Of a stretch of DNA of 64,000 nt, positions 30,158-41,362 are shown one piece after another. The notes beneath the pieces are model-generated. The model searched no databases, was not told the origin of the DNA, and saw nothing but the letters and a program-made list of their open reading frames with translations. Source of the stretch: Amoebidium appalachense (lineage: Eukaryota > Protista > Ichthyosporea); assembly GCA_963693365.1 (NCBI GenBank), contig CAVNZM010000006.1, forward strand, positions 4,319,264 to 4,383,263, in the 5' to 3' direction. Numbering within the stretch: position 1 is the first letter of the stretch; every line of letters begins with the position of its first letter. The position numbers were made by a program, and so were the translations under genes.

Positions 30158-31516
30158 ATGTCGCATGCGCGCTCCCGCATCCTTGACGACATGGCGTCCC
30201 ACATCGATTTCTCGGCAGCCGTGGCGCGCCGGGCAGCGTTCCCGCACGGGCCAGCCCTGCCCTCGGCCCCCCGCAGCGTGTCGGTGCCGAGCGAGGCGCC
30301 CCCGCGTGTCGAGCCCCCGCAGCCGCCGCAGGGCCAGTGGCGCTACCACTTCGTGACGGGCGGGTCCGAGTGCCGGCCGCTGCAGGTGGAGTTTCCCGCC
30401 ACCCAGTCCGTGCACGGCATCCGTGTTGAGGGCATCAAGGCGCACAGCGTGTACGACGTGTGCGAGGGCGCCAACAAGCTCACGCTGTCGCTGTCGTACC
30501 TGGACTCGCCCGACGGCCGGCCCCCAGGCATGTGGGTGAAGGCGTCCACCGACGTGTACCTGCCTGTGGGCAACTACACCCTGGACACCCTGTGCGCCGA
30601 ACTCGAGATGCGTCTGGACGCCGCCATCGCCGCATGCTTCAACCCCAGCTACAGCCCCGAGGAGGTGGCGGACATTTTGGAGATGTACCCGGACACGCTG
30701 CCCTACTACGCCAGCGTCACACACACGGAGCGGTTGCGCCGGGACGCCGAGCGCAACGGCGAGGCGTGGACCAGGCACCAGGACTTTGTGTGCAAGACGC
30801 GGTGGGCGCCACGCCGGCAGGGCCCGCGCGACGAGATCGCATTCGAGGCGCTGATGCTCGCGCAGCTGTACTACAGGGAGAACGCATGGGCGTGGCGTGA
30901 GCTGGCCAACGAGCGTGACACCCACGGGCGCATCCAGTGGCCGTTCCACAACACGCTGTACAACCTCATGACGCCCTCGAAGCTCGCGCTGCCCGGGCGA
31001 CTGGTCATCAGCATCCACCACCGCAAGAACATGGACCCGGACACCATGAAGCACTGGCTGCCGTATGCGTCGGTGCCGACGTTCTCGCTTGACGTGTGCC
31101 GGGGGCTCGGGAGCGTGCTGGGAATGGCGGCCGGCGCGCACGTCAGCCACAGCCTGACAGCGGGGCTGCCTCCGCTGGCCCGCTACTTCGACGGGCGAGA
31201 CCATGCGGCCGTGGAGGAGGGCGACCAGCAGCTGCCGTGCCAGGGCGACAACATCCAGTGCGTGTTTGGGACGGATGCACCCCTGGGCCCGCGGGGGGCG
31301 CTCATGGTGCACGTCATGCAGGGCGAGACGAACCTGCAGGGGCGCATCATGGCGCCGGGCGTGCAGGGGGCGGCGGGCGGGGCGGTAGACGACATGCTGG
31401 CGAGCCCGCAGATCTTGGGGACGCTGGACCACGTCGACACGCTGCGGCTGGTGGTGGTGGACGAGACCGGGACAAGGGTGACTGGCTGTTTCTCGGCGCT
31501 GGTCGCGGTTAAATAA
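30158..31516 (+). CDS. Second penton/minor-capsid-like protein
   Basis: SVHGIRVEGI...YDVCEGANKL...VYLPVGNYTLDTLC...LDHVDTLRLVVVDETG; paralog of 13827-16454. Confidence 0.55.
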   Translation: MSHARSRILDDMASHIDFSAAVARRAAFPHGPALPSAPRSVSVPSEAPPRVEPPQPPQGQWRYHFVTGGSECRPLQVEFPATQSVHGIRVEGIKAHSVYDVCEGANKLTLSLSYLDSPDGRPPGMWVKASTDVYLPVGNYTLDTLCAELEMRLDAAIAACFNPSYSPEEVADILEMYPDTLPYYASVTHTERLRRDAERNGEAWTRHQDFVCKTRWAPRRQGPRDEIAFEALMLAQLYYRENAWAWRELANERDTHGRIQWPFHNTLYNLMTPSKLALPGRLVISIHHRKNMDPDTMKHWLPYASVPTFSLDVCRGLGSVLGMAAGAHVSHSLTAGLPPLARYFDGRDHAAVEEGDQQLPCQGDNIQCVFGTDAPLGPRGALMVHVMQGETNLQGRIMAPGVQGAAGGAVDDMLASPQILGTLDHVDTLRLVVVDETGTRVTGCFSALVAVK

Positions 31517-31550
31517 AGAAGATTCTCAGATATTATCTGTGCACTTGTGT

Positions 31551-32936
31551 ATGGCGTCGAACGTTGAGGCCCAAGACCCTCCCTCCTACATGACAGTGCA
31601 ACAGACGGGAGTGGTTATGTATAAAGGAAAGGCTTACAAGGAGGGTGAACACTTTGACATGACCGATGAGTGTGGGGTCTCGGTGACTCATGCAGAAGTA
31701 AGACAGGGGGGAAGCTGTGGGTGAATGGGAGTAGATTGGCAGCCAAAATGGGAAAAACCTGGAGTAATTGGTACAGGCTAAAGGGCGCACGAGATTTGGT
31801 GGAGGACCTTGAGAAGCACCAGTCACAATCTTCTCCTTCGATGGGGGAGAACACCTTTGAAGTGCAGGGCAGGACGCAGGGCGGGTCAGGTTTAGTAGAG
31901 GACCTCAAGAAGCGCCAACCACGATCTTCTCCTTCGATTGGGGAGAATACCTTTGAAGTGCAGGGCAGGACGCAGGGCGGGTCAGGTCTAGAGAAATCGC
32001 CATCCATTATCGACCACTCTCGGAATCAGTACCAGGGCATTGACAAGGAGTCCCTTCGGGGTACTTGGATCACTTTGGATTTAGCTACCGCTTTTGTCAC
32101 TGATGCCAATCCTTCGTTTCGTGCAAAGTGGTGTGAGGTCATCGGAGAACTCCATTCAGAAGACGAGGGGTCGGTTAGCAGTGTACACGCAGAAACTGAT
32201 ATGGTACCAGGAACCACTGGGGGTGTTCAATCCGGGGTTGTAAAGCGCCAGGCAACCGAGAATCCCGCACATAGTGGTCCCGTGGAAAAGATTCGTATCC
32301 TAACTGATCGCCAACTGGCACGCCTACGTGAAGAGAAGATGTTGACGGTCCCAGCACTTGTTGCAGCTTATGCGGCAAAGCTTCAGGCAGAAGCTGCAAT
32401 CCTTGAAGCAGAAGCAGCTCTCCTCGACGCACAGGCATACGTTGCACGAAAGGATGCTGACACTCGCCTGGCTCAAACCGAAGTCGAACGCCTCAAGCTG
32501 CGGCTCGCACCCCCCCCTCCCTGATGCCTATATTAAGTTCATGGATGCAACTGCAGAAAACACACGCACCCTGTATCGCTTAGCACAGCGAGGAGATACG
32601 TTTGTGTACGCCGTGCATGTACCTTCGACAGATTCCCACCAACGCCTGAAATTCGGTTTCACAACCAATGTAGAGAAACGCTTTTCGGATTATCGTTCCC
32701 TCTTGGCTGACATGAACAACAAGATCGTCCTGCTGCTGCCTTCCGAAACCCCCCGGCCAATAGAGAAGTTCATAAAGACCGAGCTGCGCGGATGCCGGGT
32801 GGGAGACAACAAAAACACCGAGCTCTTTGATGTTCCCTTCAACAAGTTTCGCAGCGTACTCCTGGACGTGCTGGATCTTTATGGTCCATGGGGGGAAGGA
32901 GTCGCCGATGACATACAAGAGGCTTTAATGGTCTAA
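31551..32936 (+). CDS. KilA-N + coiled coil + T5orf172/GIY-YIG protein, two frameshifts (near 31690 and in the C-run near 32515)
   Basis: WVNGSRLAAKMGKTWSNWYRLKGARDLV...GTWITLDLA..F (KilA-N, with a 96-bp internal duplication); FVYAV...KFGFT.NVEKR...TELF. Confidence 0.7.
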
Positions 32937-32939
32937 CCT

Positions 32940-33454
32940 CTACCCGCCCATAGCCGCCCTGTCAGCGGGGCGTTCAACCTGTGGGAACCTAGGCACGAAC
33001 GAGAAGGACTCGAATGTCGCGTACGCCGCACGGCGCGCCACAGCCATGCCGCAGTGACGCGCGCGCTCCTGGAACTGCTGGTAGCGGTCGGTGTACTGGG
33101 GATCGGACGACGTCTCCATGAGGAACACGCCAAACCTGTCCTCCTCCTCGTCACCGAAGAAGATGACATTGACGACGACGGGGACCCCCTCGAGCCGCCC
33201 GACCATGAGCCAGTTGTAGTGCCCCCTCCCATGGATCATCCAGGGCTCCCGCGCCTGTGCGCTGTCGATCAAGAACAGAAACGACTCCTGCCCGACAACA
33301 CATCCTCGCACGGCAGTGTCAGCTGCAAGTAGAATGTGTTCGGCTGGCCCAGCCGTGGTATCATTTCGGCCAAATCCGAGCCGCCGTCGATAAACACCTC
33401 GTGGTCGTAATCCGCGTCCCATCCCCATGTGGCGTGTGAAGTCCCGGTTCCCAT
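32940..33454 (-). CDS. Hypothetical protein, probable frameshift near 33290
   Basis: Coding-like segments in two adjacent frames. Confidence 0.4.
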
Positions 33455-33531
33455 GCCTGTGCCAACAATATTCTTGTAAACGAGTTGGGCAGGGAAGCAT
33501 AAAAGGGAATCCCCCAACCCCCACCCTCACA

Positions 33532-34140
33532 ATGCGTGTGGCCGCCATCGACGTCGGCTTCCTGAACCTGGTGGTGTGCGTGCTCAGCACCACCGACGAC
33601 CCCGCCACGCCCTTCATCATCCACACGTGGGACCGCTGGCTCGTGGGCAACCCGGACACCACGGCCACGGTGCTGGTGGAGCTGCTGCTGCGCCGGCTGC
33701 ACGAGGACCGCGCGCTGTTCGCGGACGTCGACATGGTCGTCATCGAGCGCCAGATGGTCACCAAGCTGAGCGTGCTGGCGCACGCGCTGCAGGCGTACTT
33801 CCTCACCCTCAGATTGACCAATGGCCACGGGCCCGGCGTGGTGCTGCAGCACGGCACGCGCAAGAACCAGTGCGGGGCGTGGCTCGCCCGCCACGGAATG
33901 GCCCCCGCGGAGACGGGCAAGGCGGCGTAAGCGGTGTACAAGCGGCGTGCGGTGGTCGACACGCAGCAGGCGCTGAAGCTGCAGAGCGAGCAGGGGTGGC
34001 GGGACAAGTTTGCGCGGGAGGGCAAGAAGGACGACATGGCGGACGCGCTGCTGCACGGTCTGTGGTACACGTTCTGTCGGAATCAGAAGGGGGGGTCACG
34101 CAGAGGGCATATGCAAGCAAACAGACAGTGTACAAAATAA
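33532..34140 (+). pseudogene. RuvC/poxvirus A22-like Holliday junction resolvase with in-frame TAA at 33928-33930
   Basis: MRVAAIDVGFLNL, VVIERQM, then AA*AVYKRRAV...KKDDMADALL in the same frame. Confidence 0.85.
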
Positions 34141-34486
34141 AAAAAGCAATTCATCTCTTTATTTGTTTCTTATAGACCGGCTTCCGGTCCCATGGACCAG
34201 AGGTATAGATTGGCCCATTGGTTGTCTGTGTCGAGCTTGACTGCATATCTGCACTGCAGATTTTCCCTTCCAACTTAGCAATGAGTTCCTTTGTCCCCTT
34301 CAACTTGTACCAATCAAACCAAAAATGTCTGCGCCCCCCACCCCGGGCTGTCACAGTGGTACCTGTTCTGCAGGCCTGGGAGGTCGGGGAAGATGTAAGA
34401 ATAAAGCGCTTTATTTCATGGAGACTGTAATGCTACACGGATGACAATTAACCTAGCTCAGGGTATGAAAAAGCATGCCTGAGAAA

Positions 34487-35530
34487 TCAACAGCCCAGTC
34501 TGGGCTGCACGCTGGCAGGGACCAGCCCCTCGTATGCGTTCCTGAACACCTGCGCCGTGTACTTGAACTCGGCAACCTCCGGGCTGTGGGGTACCTCCCG
34601 CTCCAGCCAAACCGCCGTGGCCAAGATGATGGTGTAGGCCTGGCGGGCAGTGATCTCGGTGGACATGACCGCACGTCCCCAGCCGAGTGCTGAGCGCAGC
34701 TTGATGGCGCGCTGGATAGCCATGTCAGCTCCGATGACCCCCACCACTGCCGTGTCGGGCTTGTCGGTGTAGATGTCCACGTTCAGCACCTCGAGTACAT
34801 AGCGGCGCACGAGTCCAACAGAGCCCTTGGTAGACCCTCCAAACATGGCGGCGGTGACGCTGCGGGGAAGGTTGTACAGGCGGTCACGCAGGAAGGGGTT
34901 GCCTGTGCCACCGAGGGCGGAGCTGTCCGGGTCCTCGGGTAGGATGCGGGGGGTGAAGGCCTGGGCGGTGCTGTTGAGGGCGCTGGTGAGGCGGGCCACG
35001 TGGGACTTGCTGTACTCGATGATGAGCTGCTGCTGCTCAATGAGGGTGTCCCGGTCTCGGATGGTCTTGTTGCGCTCCTCGATGGTAATGTTCCGGTCCT
35101 CGATTGTGCGCTACATGTTCTGGAGCAGCGTCTGCCAGTAGGCAGCCCCGTGCTCCTCGGATCCCCCGGCACCCCCGTTCTCCACGTACTCCCCGAACAG
35201 GCGAGCGCCGCTGCCCTCGGGGAGGGACTCCTGAAGACGACGGTTGGCGCGCACCTCGTCAACCAAAGTCTCGTCACCACCCAGGTAGCGCACGATGAGC
35301 TCAGCGGCCGCAGCCTTGAAAGCAGCAACCTTGGGACCGGTCAGGGCCGGATGCGCACCAGCCCCTTTGCATCGGCGACCGGGCGGGGGTTCTGATGATC
35401 AACTGAGTCGGAATATCCGACCGAGTTAATCAAGGACTGATCTGCGTCCATCACCTCCTTGAATTTGTCCTTGGGGTTGCCATAGCCAATCGCAACGAGC
35501 ACATCAAACACATCCGCCTTCCGGGGCACG
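34487..35530 (-). pseudogene. Fragmented Bro-N-like gene
   Basis: ADVFDVL..IGY.NP, RPVADAKGLV, RYLGGDETLVDEV and a coiled coil spread over several frames. Confidence 0.55.
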
Positions 35531-36040
35531 GTGTTGGTGCAGCGGATGGTCTTGCCGCTCCAGTCTCCCCCCGCCCTCCCCGAACTTGAACAGAGTCACA
35601 GCCAGCCCGTCGCCGTCGAGGTCCATGCCCGGAACCGCCGTGGGCAGCTGGCGCATGGCTTCGGCAAGGGCCTTGTTGTCCGCCACCTTCCAGATGCTGA
35701 TGGAGGGGTCGCCGAGTACACCACGCACGGAGGTGGCGTGCACCTGTTCACGCAGGCGGACGAGGGACAGGGTCTTGCCGGACGGCAGGGTGCGGGTGTC
35801 CTGGGCGACAACCCCAAATCGCTTGGTGTCGCCGAGGGCTGTGGCGGCACGCTCGTGCAGGTCGGTGTGGTCGGAGAGGAGCGCCCAGTAGCGGATGCGG
35901 GAGCGCTCGGGGTCAAGCAGAAGGGTGCGGATGGTGTCCTCAAGGGATGCGTTCTCCTCCATACTGTCGTCCGTGTCCATGCTGTCGATGTTGTCGCTCT
36001 GCATGTTGTTGTTGATGTCCATGTTCTGGGTTGTCTCCAT
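35504..36040 (-). CDS. Hypothetical protein (possibly the 5' part of the fragmented Bro gene)
   Basis: TATA motif at 36085-36094 upstream of METTQ. Confidence 0.55.
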   Translation of the reverse strand: METTQNMDINNNMQSDNIDSMDTDDSMEENASLEDTIRTLLLDPERSRIRYWALLSDHTDLHERAATALGDTKRFGVVAQDTRTLPSGKTLSLVRLREQVHATSVRGVLGDPSISIWKVADNKALAEAMRQLPTAVPGMDLDGDGLAVTLFKFGEGGGRLERQDHPLHQHRAPEGGCV

Positions 36041-36395
36041 CTTGATGGTTGCTGCAGAATGATGAATTATGGTCTGGACTGCTCCTTTTATACCTTCAGG
36101 TCTAACCACCGATGGTGCCAAAATCGATGGTGATGGTGAGTTTGGGCACCAAACTAATGAACCCTGAATTTCAGGGATGATGATTATTGTCTCATTCGGA
36201 TGTTGATCACAATTGTCGGACGACCCGACAACAGCGAACACATATCTGACCGCACAATATTATCTGCACTGCAGATTTTTCCGTCCAACTTGGCAATGAG
36301 CTGCTTTGTCCCCTTCAGCTCGTACCAATCAAACCACGCGTATCTGTCACATAATTAGTATGAAAGAGAAGCAAGCCAGAGATATCACAGATATA

Positions 36396-37907
36396 TCACA
36401 CACTTGCATTCGGAGTTGTCGCTGCTGCTTTCGCGATGTCTTCCACAAGCCGCTCTCCATCCCTGCGCCTCGGCAGTCCTGCGGCTTCAAGCTCGGCATC
36501 GGTCAACACGACCGTTTTCTTGGTTATTACCTCTCTTATTACCTGTGTGTACCGTGGGTCATCAAGATTCGGCTGCACCACATTTATCTCTCCTCCATGC
36601 ATCTTAGCCCAGTAGAGTTCGGTCAGTTGCTTCCCGTACAGGGACAGCACGGCCCCGATTTTGTAGACTGCCCGGAATCCTCTGTCCACCTTCTCAAGCT
36701 TTGTCGTTATATGATTGCAGACCCGTTCCCCAATGGTGTTTCCATTGCCCGGTTGGGAACCCCAGTCGAAGCTTGACGTGCGCAGGAGTATGTAGACCAT
36801 CAACCAGGAGGCACATGCCGAGTCGTGTATTTCGTTTCTATCGACAAGTTCTTCATACAAAACCCTCCTAAAACTTGTCTGAAGGCTCTTACATACAGAT
36901 TCGTGTTGGTAGGTGCGCAGAACTTTCGAGCTTCCAGTGTAACCGGCCCCCTCAAGGAACATACAGAGGGCGTCAGCGATTAGCCCTGCCGGGGCAGACA
37001 TGTTAAAGCACTCGACCACCTTGACTTGCGAATCGATAATGACAACAGAAGCATGCTCTGGGCTCGACACATGCATTATATAGTAGCGCTCACGTTCTTG
37101 GCTTTTCAGCCATGAAGAGAGGTTCGACACGAATGCTTTCGGGCATCTGAAACCCCACTTTCCTGCTGACACCTTCCAAGTGGACATTTTACCATTGTCC
37201 GTCACAACACTGAGTGCTGGTGTGGACTTGGGGACAGCATCACTATTATGCTCTATTTTGAGGGATGTGCCAGGGGAAAAACGAACAGATTTTGGCAGAT
37301 AGGTTTGCAGCAGTACGAAGGTGTTGTCCCGAGACCTGGCGCCACACCCTGCCACAGCCGGTGAGGCTTCAACGGAGCCAACCCCAATCAGCTCGGTCAG
37401 TGACTTCTGAAGATCAACGAGACCGTTGTACCAGTCAAATAGAAGTGGCCACGTTTTTTGTATGTCCTCCATCATGTCCGAGGGGGTGGGTCTTCCAGGG
37501 ACAATAGCCTGTTTGTACTTTTCGGCCACGTAGGGAGCACACTTCACCACAATCGACCCGAAACGGTGCTTCCGCTGGTCCACGAGAAACCGGCTTTTTG
37601 AATCATACCTTACAGCAAACTTGTATTCCGTACCAGCTGTTTGACGCATACAAATAAACAACAATCTGTAGCCACCCAGCCCTGCTTCAAAAACCAGAGA
37701 TGTAACACAGGTCAGACAGACTGGTTCGACATCATTTTGAGTGCTCCACAAGTTGATGGAGAGACAGACGTCCCCCATAGCCCACTTGTATGTCTGGGTG
37801 TTGCGGGGTTTCAGATGTGCGTCTTCCAACTTGAAATGTTGGGTATTGCGTTTGACAAACTTGAAGAAGCAGTAGGGCTTTACCGACAATGTCTGTGTTG
37901 AAGCCAT
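36396..37907 (-). CDS. 503-aa protein with putative CE-clan (Ulp1/adenain-like) cysteine protease C-terminal domain
   Basis: EHASVVIID...VECFN...LQ...SACASWLMVYILLR (His...Asn...Gln...Cys order). Confidence 0.5.
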   Translation of the reverse strand: MASTQTLSVKPYCFFKFVKRNTQHFKLEDAHLKPRNTQTYKWAMGDVCLSINLWSTQNDVEPVCLTCVTSLVFEAGLGGYRLLFICMRQTAGTEYKFAVRYDSKSRFLVDQRKHRFGSIVVKCAPYVAEKYKQAIVPGRPTPSDMMEDIQKTWPLLFDWYNGLVDLQKSLTELIGVGSVEASPAVAGCGARSRDNTFVLLQTYLPKSVRFSPGTSLKIEHNSDAVPKSTPALSVVTDNGKMSTWKVSAGKWGFRCPKAFVSNLSSWLKSQERERYYIMHVSSPEHASVVIIDSQVKVVECFNMSAPAGLIADALCMFLEGAGYTGSSKVLRTYQHESVCKSLQTSFRRVLYEELVDRNEIHDSACASWLMVYILLRTSSFDWGSQPGNGNTIGERVCNHITTKLEKVDRGFRAVYKIGAVLSLYGKQLTELYWAKMHGGEINVVQPNLDDPRYTQVIREVITKKTVVLTDAELEAAGLPRRRDGERLVEDIAKAAATTPNASV

Positions 37908-38740
37908 CTACACAACAGCCGAATTTTTCGACATATGGGTGGTTCCCTGGGACAGTTTCGGATGGGTTCCCGCGCGGGGTGGGGGGGGGGGGGATTGCGT
38001 CCATTCTGTGACCGATATATGCAAAAGAGTTTATATCCCTGCTGCACCGATGCCAGCAGGCTTGACGCAGCAGAAGTCCGGCGCGCACGGCATCGACGTG
38101 GCCCTGCGCCGCTTGCACCGCAGCACCCCGCCGGTCTTGGGGTCCGGTCGGTAGAGGTTGCAGCCCACAAACTGGTTGCACGGCACGAGCGACGGATTCT
38201 GCGGCACCACCGTGCGGCACAGCCACCCGCACCCCACCCCCGGCACCGGCACCTGCGAGCACACGGGCGCTGCGGTGGCCGTCTGCGCAACGAGCCGTGT
38301 GCATCTGGATGGTTGGGTGAGGGTGGGCGTCGGGGTGGTTGGCGCCGGCGTCGGGGGGGGCCGTCACGGTCACGTAGCTGGCGGCGGCGGCGGCGGCGGC
38401 TTGTGCAAGTAGGGCAACGAGCACGTACATTACCGTGTGCATGGATAATAGTTGTGGGCGCAGGGGTGTTCTTGTTTGTTGGGGGGTGGGGGGCGGGAGG
38501 TCCCAGAGCTGGTTGTGTTCTATTTATTGGGGCCTGCCCTCTGTTTGAAGAAACGAAACTTTGAAGGTATGTCGTTGGGCTACTGCGATTGAAGAAACGA
38601 AACTTTGAAGGTATGTTGTTGGGTCCGGAACAGCAGGTGACAACTTCCCTCCCTTACCAAACGAGCAATTGGTCACTTTGACCAATTGGTCCCCTGTCGT
38701 ATCCAATAGATGCTGGTTGGTGTGCCTCGGCCACTATAAA

Positions 38741-39652
38741 CTACACAACGTGCTTCGCCAGGAAGCTCACAGGGTACAGCTTGACCGTGCGCACGTCCCC
38801 GTTGACCACCATCTGCGTCGTCTCGGGCTCGCACCCCATCTCGTCACGCCAGGCCTTGCTGACCATGCGGCCGAGCGCAGAGGCGGACTTGCACTTGATG
38901 CCACGGTCGACCACGAACTTCCCCACCGTGACATGGTCGGAGAGGGTGGTGCCTTCGATGGCCCGCAGACCCTGGTTGGGGAGCAGCATGTTGGAGACCG
39001 AGTCGTTGACGAGCTGTCGCATGCGCGGATCACGGTCCAGCCCCAGGCGCTCAAGCAGCCCCTCGTACTGAGCGAGGTTGTCCATAGCCATCTTCTGGTT
39101 CTCCCTCTCGAGACGCGTGATCTCCGCCTCCTCCCGGCGCAGACGCAGCCTCCGCTCCTCCTCCAGCTCCTCGCGGCGGCGCTTGCGGTCAGGGGTCTCG
39201 TCCGTGCCGTTGCGGAAGAACTCGCGCTCCTCGGGGGTGCTGTTGTCGTAGCGGGCCTCGATCTCCTCGATGAGAAGCAAATCGCCAGAGAGGAGGCGCG
39301 CCATGTACTGGGCAGAAGTCTTACGGAAATCATGAGCGCGCTTGCCAGGGAGCAGGTAGATGATCTCGAGGAGGGTGCGGAAGGGGGCAACATCTGTCTC
39401 AAGACCCTTGCCGTTGATTTTCAGACCGTAAGCCGCGCTTACGGTTTCACTTACGGATGGATCAGAGCTGTCTCTGAGAGATTTCCATGCCATGCGGGCT
39501 GCTTCACGGTTTCCGAGCACAAGAGCGATGACATCCAAAACACTTGCATTCTTGGTTTTGTTGTCAATTCGCACAGTGGTGCCCTTGAACTGGGGGAACT
39601 CCTTCCACAGAAGCGACATGTCCACCTTTGAGTTGTTCTGTCCGGTAGCCAT
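38741..39652 (-). CDS. Bro-N-like DNA-binding protein (paralog of 24644-25537)
   Basis: Near-identical TPEEREFFRNGTDETPDRKRRREELEEERRL; TATA motif at 39690-39699. Confidence 0.75.
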   Translation of the reverse strand: MATGQNNSKVDMSLLWKEFPQFKGTTVRIDNKTKNASVLDVIALVLGNREAARMAWKSLRDSSDPSVSETVSAAYGLKINGKGLETDVAPFRTLLEIIYLLPGKRAHDFRKTSAQYMARLLSGDLLLIEEIEARYDNSTPEEREFFRNGTDETPDRKRRREELEEERRLRLRREEAEITRLERENQKMAMDNLAQYEGLLERLGLDRDPRMRQLVNDSVSNMLLPNQGLRAIEGTTLSDHVTVGKFVVDRGIKCKSASALGRMVSKAWRDEMGCEPETTQMVVNGDVRTVKLYPVSFLAKHVV

Positions 39653-39763
39653 CCTGTGTCAGACTGACCCCAGGTGGCCGTGTGTGCTCCTTTTATACCT
39701 GCGCGTGGCACCCTCAGTCGTGCTGAGGGCAGGTTGGTGCTTATCCATTGAAATGTCTTGGGG

Positions 39764-41362
39764 CTACTGCGCTTGCTCCTGGCTGGCTTTCTTGAACACA
39801 CTGACAACCAGGTCCCTTGTCAAGTCGTCCTCCATGTGTTCCCTTGCCATCTCCAGCATGGCTCCTGCAAAAGTCACAAAGTCCACACGGAACAGCTCGC
39901 GCTCGACGTTCTTGTGTTTGAGTGCCGTGTGCAGGCACTTTTCTGCAAGCGCCAACTGCTCGGACGGCACGGGAAGCGCAAAGAGCAGGCGCTTGTTGGG
40001 CCCCACATGCCACGTACCGGCCTGCCTCATGCGGCCCTTCACGTCCTTCAGGCTCTGGCCGATCTTCAGACAGGGCGGGTCGCCATACTCGGACACAAAC
40101 ACGTAGATACCGGACTGCTGCTTGGTGCACACGTGGTTGGTGACCCGGCGCAGCTCATCACTGGCATCCTCAAATTCCGATGGAATTTGGTCCTGCTTGA
40201 GATTGTCTGTGGTCTGAAGTTCCAGAAGCCGACACTGCACCTCGAGTTTCAGGCGCTCCTCCCGGATCAGAGCAGCCTGCTCGCGCATCATCATGATCTC
40301 CGTGTACTGAGCAGATTCGGCGATGCGCGCCTCCTTGTACAGACTCAGTGCGGTTTCCATCTCGGCCTGGTTGGTCATGAACTGGGTGATGTCTCCGAGC
40401 TTCAGTCTCTTGGGCTCCCTCTCGGGTGTCCCGTCGGCATCCATTTCCCCCCTCACACTGTCGCGCATGAAAGCGTTGGGTCCTGACGGGTTGGCCGCTG
40501 CCGCGGCACGGTTGCGCTCGATGTCCTCCACGAGTGTTTCGTCTCCACCTTCCAGGCGCGCTATGTCTCGGGCCCACTTGTCGATGATCGCGGAACCATA
40601 GCGTGAGCCAGATGCAATCTTGAACGTCAGATTGACCAATGAAGTTGCAGGAACACCAGGAGATGGTTTTCCCCCATTTCCAAAGTGGCTGACCGATTGC
40701 TTGAGGGATGGGTCTTCGAAGATACGCCGTAGATATCGACCGGCTGCGTCTCTATCCAAACCGCGGACAAGCATGGTATAGTCCACAAGACTCGCCATCT
40801 TCACACCACCGACGTGACACACTCGAATGACATGGTTGCCTATGCAAATTGTGTCGCCTTTTTTAGCGGCGACCTCGTTTCCGGTCAAGACAAGATCGGT
40901 GTGTTCGAGATCCATGCTTTGCGAGATTGAGGTATTGTGATGTGTGTTGGGTCCTTTTATACCCTCTGTCTGACTTCCAGGACTGGAATTTACTTCGTTG
41001 GACATCAGGCGCTTGATAAAATTGATACTGCTCATGCGAACATGGTGCGCGCGCTTGCCAGGGAGCAGGTAGATGATCTCGAGGAGGGTGCGGAAGGGGG
41101 CAACATCTGTCTCCAGACCCTTGCCGTTGATTTTCAGACCGTAAGCCGCGCTTACGGTTTCACTTACGGATGGATCAGAGCTGTCTCTGAGAGATTTCCA
41201 TGCCATGCGGGCTGCTTCACGGTTTCCGAGCACAAGAGCGACGACATCCAAAACACTTGCATTCTTGGTTTTGTTGTCAATTCGCACAGTGGTGCCCTTG
41301 AACTGAGGGAACTCCTTCCAAAGAAACGACATGTCGCCTTTTTTGTTCTGCTCGCCAGCCAT
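39764..41362 (-). CDS. Chimeric Bro-N-like x2 + coiled coil + GIY-YIG/T5orf172 protein
   Basis: N-terminus duplicated from 38741-39652; C-terminus GIYVF...LKIGQS...R...EKCLH...RELF; TATA motifs at 41400-41409 and internally at 40954-40963. Confidence 0.7.
   Translation of the reverse strand: MAGEQNKKGDMSFLWKEFPQFKGTTVRIDNKTKNASVLDVVALVLGNREAARMAWKSLRDSSDPSVSETVSAAYGLKINGKGLETDVAPFRTLLEIIYLLPGKRAHHVRMSSINFIKRLMSNEVNSSPGSQTEGIKGPNTHHNTSISQSMDLEHTDLVLTGNEVAAKKGDTICIGNHVIRVCHVGGVKMASLVDYTMLVRGLDRDAAGRYLRRIFEDPSLKQSVSHFGNGGKPSPGVPATSLVNLTFKIASGSRYGSAIIDKWARDIARLEGGDETLVEDIERNRAAAAANPSGPNAFMRDSVRGEMDADGTPEREPKRLKLGDITQFMTNQAEMETALSLYKEARIAESAQYTEIMMMREQAALIREERLKLEVQCRLLELQTTDNLKQDQIPSEFEDASDELRRVTNHVCTKQQSGIYVFVSEYGDPPCLKIGQSLKDVKGRMRQAGTWHVGPNKRLLFALPVPSEQLALAEKCLHTALKHKNVERELFRVDFVTFAGAMLEMAREHMEDDLTRDLVVSVFKKASQEQAQ

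Noticed and set aside
37880-38442. Secreted Cys-rich protein (signal peptide at 38442, Cys-rich segment in another frame)
   Set aside because: Needs an unplaced frameshift, so boundaries cannot be supported.
160-40486. Many long antisense or overlapping ORFs (e.g. 160-939, 3575-4342, 16894-18387, 30140-31432, 38669-39631)
   Set aside because: Shadow frames of high-GC3 genes on the opposite strand, with no recognisable motifs.
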